Below, piece after piece: positions 1-13,223 of a stretch of 64,000 nucleotides of DNA (position 1 is the stretch's first letter; each line of letters opens with the position of its first letter). Both the position numbers and the translations under genes were made by a program. Where the stretch lies: NCBI GenBank assembly GCA_965202585.1, contig OZ241834.1:29140001-29204000 (forward strand). Reading direction: 5' to 3'. Below the pieces are notes generated by a model that was given only the letters and a program-made list of their open reading frames with translations, was not told where the DNA came from and searched no databases. The DNA comes from Thalia democratica. Taxonomy: Eukaryota.

Positions 1-37
1 GAAAAATTTAATTTATTAAGTTAAATAACTTAATTCT

Positions 38-60
38 ATATATATATATATATATATATA
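38..60. repeat. (TA)n microsatellite
   Basis: Uninterrupted TA run. Confidence 0.95.
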
Positions 61-319
61 CAGTAGCGTATGACATTATATGAATTTCTAGTTTATTCGT
101 ACATTGAACATAAAAATAAAAAAGATAAATACCATCGTTGCTACTAAGAACTTGTTTATGTGTCAAGCACCAATACTTTAAGTTTATTTTCAACAACCCA
201 TAAATTTTTGCATTAACTTTAATTTTCACTAATCAAAAATTTACATGCACACTTCATAAGTCTACAAATACAATCTTCAAAACTGTAGTTAATAAATCAA
301 ACAAATTTTTTTCTTGACT

Positions 320-700
320 ATGATTGCATTACTGGCACGCACCCATTTACAGAAATTATAATAAACTAACTGAGGATATGTCCGGTCTAACAGAACAAAG
401 AAACAAGTTTTCAGTAAAAACTTAGTGTTTTATCAATGTATGTACATAAACATGTATGAATAAAAAACTTATGATATAATTAGAAAAAAAAAAATTTCAC
501 TATGTACTGCATCACAGGTACACAGCCATTTTTGAAGAATCATACTTCAGTTTTGTGATAAATTTAAAATATAAATAAAACAAACTTTTTTCTTCACTAC
601 GTACTGCATCACATGCACACAGCCATTTTTGAAGAATCATACTTCAGTATTGTGATAAATTTAAAATATAACAAAACAAACTTTTTTCTTTACAACGTAC
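320..700 (-). repeat. ~100 bp tandem repeat carrying decayed copies of the exon-7 3' end and donor
   Basis: gtactgcatcac.. recurs at ~503, ~601 and 698, more decayed at ~325. Confidence 0.8.
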
Positions 701-809
701 TGCATCACCGGCACGTACCCGGGCACGCACACGAATTTCGACCAATCAACAGCCTTGGCGTTTCTGATCCTGCCGGGCGACAAGTGCTTGTAAACGTCGT
801 AAATGTTGC
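701..809 (-). CDS. SLC44A (CTL2/4-like): CTL exon 7 (GNIYDVY...WSKFVCVPGYVPVMQ); gene continues beyond the window start
   Basis: Contains 'F.CVPG' of the CTL ectodomain; donor GTACGT at 700 (alternative GTAAAG donor 7 nt further). Confidence 0.85.
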
Positions 810-1019
810 CTTTAACATTTACAAACTAGTTGAATGAAAAATATCAGCTTAGTTTCAGCACATGACACAGCAAAAATACTTTTTCTGTAACTTTCTTAAA
901 AAACACTGACTTAACGTTGTACCATTTTTTTTTCATTATAACTATTCCTACCTACATAAACATATAAATTCTCTAACTTTCTTAATGTAACATATTTCAA
1001 TACAAACAACTGTTCCCAC

Positions 1020-1169
1020 CTATCGACAGTCCGTTAAAGCTGAAAATGTCCAGGGTGTCGATGAGCCGGTTGGGTTCGTTGGGTCCGCCGAAAACACTGT
1101 CGACGAGCTTGCCCAGCCCCTTGGCTCTTTTGACCGGTTCCCGCACCGACCGCTTGCCTTTCGGTTTTC
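1020..1169 (-). CDS. SLC44A (CTL2/4-like): CTL exon 6 (GKPKGKRSVREPVKRAKG...DIFSFNGLSI), insertion exon
   Basis: 150 nt, phase 1-1, GC-rich open frame bounded by ttttaaAG and GTGGGA. Confidence 0.8.
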   Translation of the reverse strand, partial: ENRKASGRCGNRSKEPRGWASSSTVFSADPTNPTGSSTPWTFSALTDCR

Positions 1170-1360
1170 CTTTAAAAAAATATAACACGCGATCAAAACG
1201 GCTGTTTTTGTAACGACCGCTTTGTTGAAAACATTTTGCTTTTTTTTTTTGTTGAAAACACACAGCAAGTAGTCGAAGCAGCTGTTTTTTGAGCGCAGTT
1301 AATGGCTTAGACAACCACTAACAAACAAACATATCGTTAAACAGAAACACTCGTACTGAC

Positions 1361-1568
1361 CTTTCGGTTTGCTGGGTTTGGCTCCGTCGCCACCGTCGTC
1401 GTCGCCGCCTCCAATACCGAGAGTGTCTGCTACGCCCCCTATATCCTTCAAAGCCTTGTCCGTGTCAAAATTTCCGTCGTTTTCCTTCGCCTCGTCCTCC
1501 AGCGGCTTCAGGAACTCCTCAACCGTCCTGTAGTCCCAGTACTCGCTGGGACACCGGGACACGCACGC
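1361..1568 (-). CDS. SLC44A (CTL2/4-like): CTL exon 5 (ACVSRCPSEYWDY...GAKPSKPK)
   Basis: 'CV..CP' motif follows CPTQQ as in CTL proteins; 208 nt, phase 0-1. Confidence 0.9.
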
Positions 1569-1569
1569 C

Positions 1570-2490
1570 TGCAGAGAAGATTTGAGGTGAAATGTTGGTG
1601 AAAAGTGCCACATGCTTGCCCTCAAATGGAGCCAAATAGTTTTTTCTATGGTTTTTATACAAAACAATGGGATTTTTAAGTTATGAAGTTACTGTAGTCG
1701 CAGTACTTGCTCGGACACCTTGACACGCAAGCCTGCAGTGAGGAATGTAAAATGCATATAAAAAAATCAAAAGGTGCTGCACAGTTGCCATAATTGCTCC
1801 AAAAATTGCAGCCAAATGGTTTTGTTATGATTGTGATGCAAAAAAATGGGACTTTTAAGTTATGAAGTTAAGTTATGGTAGTCCAAGCACTTGTTCGGAC
1901 ATTTTGACACGCAAGCCTGCAGAGAGAAAAACAAACTTTAAAAGGTGCATACTTGCTCTTATTTCCTTAAAAATGGAGTCAATTATTTTTGTCATGATTG
2001 TTATAAACAATGATACTTGCTCAGGCATTGCAACACGCAAGCCTACAGACTAAAAAAAAGTCAATTAGAAGGTGCTGCGTAGTTAACATATTGGTCTCAA
2101 GCAAAAAAAAGCAACTATTGAGCTATTGAAGGATAATCTTAGCTTGTGGCTGTGTTAGTGTTGATAACTTATAAATAGTTTGTTTTTTAAAACACATCTT
2201 GATGTTTTAAGTTAAAAACATAAATCCTATAAACTTTTGTGACACCATACCCTCAGAGAGGAAGGAAATTCAAAATGTTTCGTATTTACCATAATTGCCC
2301 TAAAAAAAGTCAAACGGTTTTGTTATGAGTTTTATACAAAATAATGGGAGTTCTAAGTTATGGTTTATTAATGTTGGTATTTTATACAAACTATTTATCA
2401 TTTAAAAATGCAGCTTTATGTCTTAGCTTGGAAAAATATACACCATAGACTGTAAATTTGGCACCTTGAAACACAAGCCTTCACTAAAAA
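1570..2490 (-). repeat. ~170-200 bp degenerate tandem repeat carrying copies of the exon-5 acceptor and 5' end
   Basis: gacacgcaagcct(g/a)cag at ~1722, ~1907, ~2033; weaker at ~2470. Confidence 0.8.
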
Positions 2491-3080
2491 GTAACGCAAA
2501 AGGTTGAACAAGTAGAAAGGTGGAATTTTTGTGGCAGTGTTGATATGAAAAACTGTGTCTTATAAAAGCTATTAGCTAAGTATTAATGTTGTTGTGGGCA
2601 AAGTCAAGATGTTTACAATTAACACTTACCGCATGATCATCAACTACCATCCGTTCAACAATGATTCGCAGTTGGATTGTTGATTATGTTCATGTGGTTT
2701 AATTTAGTACTATTCAGTTTTAATTTTTAGCTAAAAATACATATTATTTGTCAAATGTGCATGAGGCAAGGAATATTAAGAATTTAAGAAGTTTTTATCA
2801 ACTTTTTTTTATCTTTTTCAATATTATTGTACTTTTTAACAATCAAGTAATGTATAGGTTATAAAAAGTTACAAAATATTAAAATTAGTAATGTATATCT
2901 CATAACTTTATTTCATCAAAAGTTTTGAACTTCTAACATAATTGTTAAGTTAACTAAACGTAAAGTAAAACTTTTTTATTTTTATTTATAGCAGTTATAC
3001 TAGCATTTTCAACTCATATACAAAATACAATTCTTTTTCTTTCCGTTTATTTTAACTTGCTAAATTATTCGTATTTTAAC

Positions 3081-3258
3081 CTGTTGGGTCGGACAGTGGG
3101 GCACGACCAGCGTGTCTGTCAAATTAGCCGCGGTTTCGAAACAACCGTCCTCGTTCTGCGCAGCGTCACTTCCGTACCACTCCCTACCAGTTAGCGGCCT
3201 TTCGACATCGAAGAACGTGCATCTCGTTATATCGAAGTAGTGGAGGAAGGGCTTGTCA
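3081..3258 (-). CDS. SLC44A (CTL2/4-like): CTL exon 4 (DKPFLHYFDITRC...VPHCPTQQ)
   Basis: Matches 'KP.L.YF.I..C...CPT.Q'; 178 nt, phase 2-0, open frame. Confidence 0.93.
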
Positions 3259-4705
3259 CTGAAGGAATATCATAATAAGTTGTAGTTTTATTTCAACTAT
3301 TTCTTAAATTAATAAACTAATTCGTTATATCGAAGTAGTGGAGGAAGGGCTTGTCACTGAAGAAGTATAAATATATATAATGTATAAGTAAGATAACTAT
3401 AAATTGGTTTATCAGTATTTGTTTATTTTCAAGTATATTTTTTTTTTAAGTTGTAGTTTTATTTCAACTATTTTTTAAGTTAATAAACTAATTCGTCATA
3501 TCGAAGTAGTAGAGGAAGGGTTTGTCACTGAAGTTTTAATAAGTTGTAGTTTTATTCTAACTTTATTTTAAAGTTATAATTTAATATAGAATAGAACTTT
3601 ATTTAAACTAATATGTTATATCGAAGTAGTACAGAAAGGACTTGTCACTGGAGGAAATTATAACAACTATAAGTTTTACTTTTCATTTTAAACTTTTTTA
3701 AAGTTAATGAAGTAATTTGTTACACCGAAGTAGTAGAGGAATGGCTTGTCACTGAAGGAATATAAATATTATAATAACCATAAGATGTAGTTTTATTCAA
3801 TATTTTTTAAAGTTAAATGAACTAACTTGTTATATTGAAGTAGTACAGAAAGGGCTTGTCACTGAAGGAATGTTTTAATGAGTTGTAGTTTTCATTTTAA
3901 ACTTTTTTAAAGTTAATTAACTAATTTGATATATCGAAGTAGTAGAGGGCTTGTCACTGAAGAAATATAAATGTATATAATGTATAAGTAAGATAACTAT
4001 AAATTGATTTGTCAATATTTGTTTATTTTTAAGTATAATTTTTTTTTAAATAAGTTGTAGTTTCTAACTATTTTTTAAATTAATAAACTAATTTGCTATA
4101 TCGAAGTAGTACAGGATGGGCTTGTCACTGAAGAAATATCATAATGAGTTGTAATTTAATGTGTATATGAAAATATGTAATGTATATAATATAAGATAAT
4201 TGTTAATTGGTTTGTCAATATTTTTCTATTTTCAAGTATAAAATATAAAGAAAAGGCTTGAATAGACTTACATTTATTAGTTTGTCGCTGAAGAAAACAT
4301 TATAATAAGTTGTAGTTTAATGTGTATATTTAAAATTTTTAAATGTAAACATATATTTTATTTATTAGTTTGATTATTCTATTATTAAGGTTAATAAATT
4401 ATTTTTATATATCGAAGTAGTAGAGGAAAGGCTTGTTACTGAAGATATATCATAATGAGTTGTAGTTTTATTTTGACTTTTTTGAAAACAGTAAACTAAT
4501 TCGTTGTATCAAAGTAGTAGGTAGAGGAAGGGTTTGTCACTGCAAATAAAAAGATGTTGTTTGTAAGTGTAAAAATCAAGGAAAAGTTTGACAAGATTTC
4601 CACCTAATAGTCACTGAAGGAAGTAATGAAAGTTTGTTTTGTTACATGTAAAAGATTTAGAAAAGGTTTTACAAAATTTACATTTAATAGCTTGTCACTG
4701 CATAA
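3259..4705 (-). repeat. ~100-170 bp tandem repeat, about 12 copies of the exon-4 acceptor plus up to ~35 nt of exon
   Basis: tatcgaagtagtrgaggaagggcttgtcactgaag recurs at ~3349, 3521, 3641, 3745, 3854, 3949, 4100, 4281, 4431, 4533, 4610, 4691, decaying with distance from the exon. Confidence 0.92.
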
Positions 4706-5419
4706 ATATAATAATTTGTCTCGTTATAAACATGATAATTTGTTATTTTGAGTGAAAAACTTATCAGCAAACAGCATGATTGATAATTAAAAATATGCAT
4801 AAATAAAAATTTCTCAAATAATAAAAACATTTGTTAAAATAATGAAATGTAAACCTTTTCAATTTATCATAAAAAGTATGATACCAAATTTAACATTATA
4901 TAATTTCTTTTTTAAAACTAGTATACTTAACTGTTATTTGTGAGGGATTCATTAGCTTAAAAATAAAAAGAAATTCATGGTTTATCTCCAAATAAACTTA
5001 AAAATAGTTATTGTTAAACAGTAAAAAGGTAATGTGTTATAATTTAAGTGTACATTTTGTAAGCTATTTTTATGTTTAATTTAATTCTTGTAAAGTAGAC
5101 AACATTGTATTATCAAATTTAGTAAAACACAGCATCGAGTTATTACACAAATCAGTGTGGCCTGATTCCGCAATGTTTGAATAAGTTTCTACGTTGAACG
5201 TTGAAAGATCAACACCCAGTTGCAAGATACACATAAACAAAAAAAACATATATCAAAATTAAAATAATCATTTTCACACATAAAAATAAATAAGATAAAA
5301 AAATAAAACAAATACACAAACATCATATTAATTGTTTATTTTAAAATGAAACCATTGTGACATGAAATGACAATTACACAATATTTTTGAGATAATAGTA
5401 ATAATAACACTTCACTTAC

Positions 5420-5510
5420 TGTGTATCTAAATCTCTGTATTTTTGTCCGCATATTCTACCAGAGCTTTCAATTGGATAAGCTAATCTTTCTGGTTTTCCA
5501 GCAAACCAAC
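5420..5510 (-). CDS. SLC44A (CTL2/4-like): CTL exon 3 (GWFAGKPERLAYPIESSGRICGQKYRDLDTH)
   Basis: Corresponds to the CTL 'W..G.P....YP.DS.G..CG' motif; 91 nt, phase 1-2, GTAAGT donor. Confidence 0.93.
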
Positions 5511-5723
5511 CTAAAAACAGTCATAACAAAAACTTGTCTATCCTTAGAATGTGTTGTTCTAATTTGCGTAACAATTTTAACATGCATTTCAAAGCCTAAA
5601 ACTTGAAACAGCTGATAAAAATAGAAATATACTAAAAACACCTCAATTAATAGGTGAATCAATACTAAAAGAAAAAATAATTTAAAAACTATTGCTTTTA
5701 AATACTACAAAAATCTAACTTAC

Positions 5724-5846
5724 CGTACAATCCAATGGTGAAATAGAAAAATATAGATCCGAACAGAATGATGAGGCACAGAATGTCAGTGCATTTTCTT
5801 TGCCTCACCGGGCCCCTGAAGTCCGGATCATACTCCTTTGGTCTGC
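5724..5846 (-). CDS. SLC44A (CTL2/4-like): CTL exon 2 (GRPKEYDPDFRGPVRQRKCTDILCLIILFGSIFFYFTIGLY), N-terminus and TM1
   Basis: Matches the SLC44A 'P.kYDP.F.GP...R.CTD..C' signature; AG/GT boundaries, 123 nt, phase 1-1. Confidence 0.95.
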
Positions 5847-8800
5847 CTGAAATTAATAAAGAACTTGTTACTAGGATTAAAAATAAAATTTTGAATAAAC
5901 TACTATTCACACAATTATAAGAACAACAAGACAAAGGGTTTCTCACTTGATTTTCAATAAAATAAAAATTTTGTTTTTGTTAAAACTCTTAAAGTCAAGT
6001 TTAATAAAATAATAATGTTCTAGCCTTTGTATAAATGAGCAATTGGCAATTAAACTTATTCAGTTTGTTTTGTGACTAAACCCGGTACTTCTCAATATTT
6101 ACACTGTATTTATTACGGCCATCATCAACATAGTTGAGATGCTTCGCGCCATCAATAATAAATAATGAGCTTAACCTGTCTTGTCTTAGATACTGCTGTT
6201 GATGGTTGTGTAGTAAAGTTCACTATTTATCAACATGTACTCTGTTTTATACTGCAAAGTTTATACTGCAAAGAAGTTTTGATAATGATTTTTTTGATTT
6301 GAAGGCAACTTTTCAACTGAACTTATATTTCAAAAGCGTTTTTATAAAAAATCATTGTCCCTAGTGTAGTCATAAACACCACTGTAGTAGTTTTGGTTTA
6401 AAATACTTATTTAAACTAAAACTAAGATGCACAAAACTAATTATCTACTGTTAAAAGTTTTCAAAAATTAAAGAAACACTGGCTATATAGAGTAAGCAAT
6501 TAATTCCAATATGAATCTAGTCTATACCCATCAAGACTGTTTCTTGGCCAAATAAATTTTCATCCAAATGAACAAACTTTTAAACAATACTAATGCATAT
6601 TAATGCACATTAGAACAAAAAAATAAAAAAGGATTTTTTGTTTATAATAAGTCATAAAAGACAAAGCCTTAATAGGTACATCAGTTGAACAAATTCTATT
6701 GGTTCATGGTCAAATTTACTTAACCTTTTGCTAACCTGTATTTAAAATACTTCTAACTTGTTTTCAAAACATTAGAAAAAAAATAAAACTCAAGTCTTTT
6801 CATTGTTATTTTTTCTATGCTTCTTAAAAATGTATTTAAAATTTATTAATTTTAGAATCTTAAAAAAATAATACTATACTGTAGTTTAATGTGTAAAATA
6901 ATAATACTTTATTTATTTTTTTTTAAATGAAAAAAACATTTAAATACTTTAACAAGAAATAAGTTTTATATTTGATAAAAAATCCTGAATTTTCCAACAA
7001 CAAATATTGGAAAAGAAACAATAATTAAGATGAAAATTGAACAAATGGAAGCTTATTTGGAAGGAAATGAATCAGATAGGAAATAGTTTGATGGAATTGT
7101 TTGGATGGGAAATAACTTTATGGAGTATGAGTGGATGTGAAATATTTCAAATTGGGACTAATTTGGCTAGCATTTAAAAGATTGGAAGTGATTGTTTCCC
7201 TTCATATTGTACATAATTAACAGAATTAAGATAATATGGGGGTAAAACAGTCATTATTATTTTAAGAACTTGATCTTATTTTGCACATTTTTTAACCAAG
7301 CTCCTAGTTGCTTGTTACCACCTAATAAAACTTTTAAAAAACTTTAGAGGTATAAAAGGTCAAAGTTGGTAAGTTTAATGGGAATTGATATATAATATAT
7401 AGGAATTATAATAAAATAGCAAAATAAGACTTAATCACAAAATTCTATCTCCTTTAAAAGTTTTGAAGAACCCATTTTAAACTTTGCAGTCAAATCTTTA
7501 TTAAACAACAAACAAAAGTACTATAGCTTGTTTTTAATTTATTTACTTTTATTAAACTTTTGAATTTTATAAAAAAATACTTTTGTTACTACTGCCAGGA
7601 ATATTTACTAAAAACTTGAGGTTCCTAGCATAAAAAACCTAACAGAAGATTTTTTTTCCAATTTCAATAAAAAATCAACAATGAAAATGTTTCTTCTATC
7701 CATACTTATATATCAGTTACTTCAAATAAAACTGACTTTATTTTAAAGATTTTTTTTCTTTATCAAATAAAAATATTTTCTCTTACATGAAGCTTTTAAA
7801 AAGGGACTGCTGTTCTAATTAATCTCCTCAACCTCTTACCTTAAAGTTAAAAGTATTTTACACTGGTTATACTAATTTCACTAATAACATTCTAGCAGAT
7901 CAATATTATAGGTTCATACATCCTAGACTTTCTGAAGCTTTTGTTTTTATTTACTGAGTATAAAATTTAAAGACTAATCAAGCTTATATAGATTGATGTT
8001 GTATTTTTTTTTGACACATTTTATTACACATCACTAATTTTTATCAGAATTTTTTTTTGAAGCAATTAAGATAGTTAACAAAGTATCAAAAAAGTACAAT
8101 TCTGTGTTTTGTATAATTTTGGGGCTTTATTCCAGTGTTTTAATGTATTTAAAGCTGTGAATCCTTTTGAAAAGAGAAACTGTAAAAATTAACTTACCTT
8201 GAAAAACACAAAGATAGTTTTAATTACAACAAAATAACAAACTTTATTGTTCATGTTTTAATTAAAAATAAATATATATATATATATAGATTAAATAAAA
8301 ACCTTCAAACTTTTGTTATTTAAAAACAACAACAAGGTCATTTAAGTTTAACATGTAAGTTAAATCAATATGCAATTACACCTGCCCCTTTAGTGGTTGA
8401 GATTACTAGTGTTAAACACTAGTCCTTATATTTTTTATGATACTAACTACTTTTACACCACCTGAGTTTAACTTTTGTTTCATTACATAAGAAAAAACTC
8501 TTTAATATATCTACATCTTTGTATAAACTTTATAAAAAAACCTATTAAGTTTAGAAATATTTAAATTATTACAAGTGATGTGTGTACTATAATTCAAAGT
8601 TGTCACATATTTGCCAAAAAAAACTCTTTTAATAACAAATTTTAACTGTTAAACACATTGTGTTAGTTTATAATTTCTAATCATTAAAAATACAGTTTTG
8701 AGCAAGGAAATGTTGTGGTGTTGGTAGAATGTGGTGTTAATATTTGAGCAGCAATAAACTTACAGAGTTTTATAATTTAGGTATTTTGTTTGTGTTGAAG

Positions 8801-9282
8801 AACAAAATATATATTCTTACAAATCTTAAAACCCTATTTTTAATCAATCATAGCTCAAATAATAAAAACTGAATGAGTTGGGTGTAGCTAAAGATATAAG
8901 ATCATTCTTCAAACCAATTCTGTTTACTTTACTTTTTAAAATAATTATATCTGATAGCTATTTAAAGTCACATATCTACTTCTATTTAATAATGCTGCAA
9001 TCTTTAACAAGCTGTGCATTGCAAGATTATAAACCATGGCCAACACATATACAAAAAATATATTCTTATGGTAAGTTTAGAAAGCAAAAAATCATAAAAG
9101 GCCCATAACTCTGGTCATTGGATAAATGTCATTCGGACATTAAGCAACACACCATTTGATAGTAGACACTGTTATGAGCTATTTAAATTTAAAGAGTGAT
9201 GAAAATTTTAATTTTAAAAGATATTTTATTTGCATTTGCAATAGTTTAAAAAGTAAATTTATTATAAGAAATTAGAAATTAC

Positions 9283-9325
9283 CATACAAATGTGGTATCC
9301 TTTCTTCATCATCACTGTTAACCAT
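9283..9325 (-). CDS. SLC44A (CTL2/4-like): Choline transporter-like protein, coding exon 1 (MVNSDDEERIPHLY-G)
   Basis: ATG at 9325-9323, GTAATT donor, phase 1 joins exon 2 in frame; upstream acceptor ttttttcAG near 9435 implies a 5'UTR exon further upstream. Confidence 0.8.
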
Positions 9326-12300
9326 TCTTGTTTATTGTAATTGTTTTGTTTATCATTATTGTTTGAAGAAACAACTTATAATGTAAACAATACATTCATT
9401 GTTCACAATGGTAAATAAATAGAAAACTTAACACTGAAAAAAGCTGAATAGACGAAAACTCGAGCAAAGGTATAATCTTTGTATGTAAAATAAAAAAATA
9501 ATCTTATTTACTAAAGTCATAAATAGTTTTTGTTTATTTATGAAAAATGAAACTAAGTTGATTAGCAAGAGTTCTACTACTATATAACTGACGTTAAGCT
9601 AGGCATTTCTAAAACTTACTTGTACAATAGAATGGTACGAATTTATCTAAAATTTGTTACACTATACAAGATAATTTCAAGTCAACTTTAAACACTTTCT
9701 TTAAAAAATTATTCTTTTTGACATACCAAAAACTGATATTTTCAAGGTTTATAGTTAGTCGTATGTCGTTGTACATTTTAGTTTTATACAATACAACACT
9801 TAAAAGACTTTTGAAAACAAGTTCTTACAATGTTCCTGTTAAAATTTTTACTTAATAAGTTAAGACTAAATTATTTAATAAATTTCAAAAGTAATTTAGA
9901 AAGGTTTTTTTTTCAAAGATTTTAATGCATTGTAAGAATAATGTGTATTACAATTTTTGGTTAGCCATTTTAAGCTTATTAATTTATTCGGTTTTCGTTT
10001 ACTGTATCGAATATTACATAATGCTTTGATTATAAAAAATAAAACTTTTCAAATGTTTATGAAATGAAAAAAGATATGCAAAATTTAAAATAATAATAAT
10101 AGATAAAGAGGCAAACTCGAAATTAATTAGTTTAAAAAGTTGTATTGTTTTCAAGAAATTACTTGCCAACAATCTTTTTGATCTCAGATGATAACTTTTG
10201 GTGTTATTGAAAAACTTTGAATAACTAGAAATTTAAAAACTAAATTTGCCATTATTTGAGTTTTTATAACTAGAGGTCATTAATTACTAAGAAACATTAT
10301 GACAAATTAAGAACAAGGTATTATTTTAAACCAGCTAAAATTAATACTTTATTTAAATAGAACAAAAATAATTATAAAAGAAAGATATAAATATTAAGTA
10401 TTTTGAATAATAACAAAATTATAAACTATCTCTAGTTTTAATCAAATATAGTATAAGTTATTTTTAATTCAAATATTTAAAGTTTTAATTAATTGCTTTT
10501 ATTAGCGTGTTTATATTTTTATCGTCTTAAAACGAAAATCTGTAGCTTGACAAATTTATGGGTTAGCGCTAGATTATAAAAAAAGTTTTTTACATACAAT
10601 ATTTTCAAAAGATTATAGAATGTGTGTTTTTTTTTTAATTATTTTAAAGAATTTTAAAAAAACTTAAAAAAAATAGTTATTAAACTTGTGCTACTGCTTA
10701 CAAAAACGTATAAAAACACAACGTAATTCTTTTAAATTTTTATATTTTAAAGACGTTTATTAAGTTAAATTTACAAACATTTTGCAAACTTAAACAGTAA
10801 AATAGCTACTTTTAAATTACTTCGGAAATCTATTTACATATAAACAAAAATTTCAGCCCGTAAGTTACTGCTTGAAGTACTAAATTTCGCACGAAAACTG
10901 TAGAGGTTGCCGACCCTGGTCTCAAAATTGAAAACATTATGGAAGTTTACTAGTCGCATGGTGTCGCTATAAGAATTTATAAAAATATTTTAGGTTATTT
11001 ATTTTTCATAGAGATGTATAGCTTGTTATTTTCAATATGTTAAAAGAGAATATTTGTTGTGACTACTAAGTAAATGTTTAGATATGAATAAGTATGTGTT
11101 AGAAATTTTGTATTTGTATTATTAATAAATTATATTAACCTAAATTTAAGTTATAATCATGCACCCTAAAATTAAGATATAATTGTCATGTTACTTATGT
11201 ATATTTAAGAAGTTGTCATCTTTATGCTACAGAACTATTATGTGGGTGCACAATAAATCAAGTTTAGACAATTCAAATTCTTAAAAATAATCTAAAAAAA
11301 GCCACAACTCACCAAGTAGTATATATTTGAATAGAAAAAAAAAATTATGTAGGTCTTTTCAATATCTTCAAGCCTCAAAATATCTCAAAAGATATTTAAA
11401 ATTTTACAAGAAAGATAAAATGGCTTGTAATTATTGATAAAAGCTACAAATGTTTTTTTTTTCAAGCATATACTACTTAGTGAGTTGTGGTCCTTTATAT
11501 TTTTTGAAGAATTTGAATCGTCGGAATTTAATCTGTCCGAATTTAAATTCTTAAGTAATGCTACTATGTGAGTTGCTAAACAAACAAACAAAAGCTCTTA
11601 GATAAGAACTTGAGAAACATTAAAATAAATTTCTTATGCATAATCAATATCATGTATAGATACAATTTTAACAATTTGTGAAAGAAGACATTGGATGTGA
11701 ATAAATAGGACTGATTTGTTTCAACAGTTACAAATTTTAATAGAGTTTAAATATTTGTAACTGAATTGAACTACTGAGATACTAAAAAGCTACCCAACTT
11801 TTTAAATTCTTTAAATCATTAAGTTGCAACAAAAAAGAACTTTAATAAAACTATGAGTAGCTAAAGAAGGTTAAACATTAGGAAATACTTTTAGGTGGAC
11901 ATTGTTGAGCCTAAAAGTTGTATTTAGTTATTTTCATGTGATTTAGCAGACATTATATTTCTTACACCAACAGTTTAAAAAATATTTGAAATTTCAATAT
12001 AATAAAAAGCGACTTTTATAAAAACTTTTTAGTTATGTGTCATAACTTTTAAGTAATCATTAACCTTAAACTAACTCTGCATATTGCACAAAAAGTTTCT
12101 TTAGATTACATTTGTAAACTGAAAATTATAAGTTCGGTAGAACGATAACAATTAAAACTTTTTGCGCAGGTCCTCATAATGCGTAATTTCGGGGGTATAT
12201 TTGGGATTTACGACATTTAGAATTATGAAAGTTCAAATTCTTTCCTAAATGATATTGAAATACCTTTTGTAATTATTTTTCTGTAATTTTTAAATTCCCA

Positions 12301-13223
12301 TCATACAATTATTAGTTTAAATAGATTAGTACATTTTTAGTTTTTCGTTTACGATCATTAGTTATATTAGTTATAAAATGATGTTTTAACTAAGCAGAGT
12401 ATAGCCGTTTTAGGAACTGTTTTATTGTTTTTTTCTATTATGACTCATTTATATGATTTTATGGTGTAGTAAAACTAATAAGGTAAGCAGTTTCAATATA
12501 GACAAATGTTGTAACGTGTGTTTTATTTAAAATACTCACTATAAAATTTCATGCATTTTACTCCAAGTAATATGTAATTAGACTTATTTTTTATAAGTAT
12601 ACTGTCTATTCTTCTAAACTTTAAATTAATTAGCCTAAAAATTGATCCTGTTACGTTTGCATTAACCACATAAAAGTAAATTTTTAATCATTTAACTTTA
12701 TTTGTTTTAATTTGTTCTATTTTAAACTAAAGGTTTACAATTTTTTTTTCTATATTTAAAAATTTATTGTCTGTGGATTACGCTAATGTAATCTCTTAAA
12801 ATGTGTACGTTATTGATGCTTATGTTTTTTTCAGTGGTTTTGCACATTTTTTTGTTTAATAGTAGAGTATTATGTGTAAAATCTTTTTAATATATCATTT
12901 TAGTAAAAGACATTAGAATATTGTATAGCTCTCTACTAAATAACTGTCTAAAATTTTGCAGATATATAAAAGTATTAAAAATTTTAACAATTAGAAAATA
13001 CCAGTAAAACGGAATGAAATATCTTAATATCTGTCTTAATGTGTAATCCATATATTTAATTTTTAGTAACCACAAAATAAATATAAGCCTAGCTCCTGTT
13101 TTTGAAAATGTGAAAATTTTGCCTTAAATTGTGAAGCTAACTAAATAACAAAATATTTTATACATAAGAAGGTTAAGACACAGTACTAATCAAAATTATT
13201 AAGTAAGTTGTATTAGTAATAAC

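Noticed and set aside
3259-4705. CRISPR-like repeat-spacer look
   Set aside because: Eukaryotic intron; the repeat is the exon border, the spacers are related to each other, and there are no cas genes
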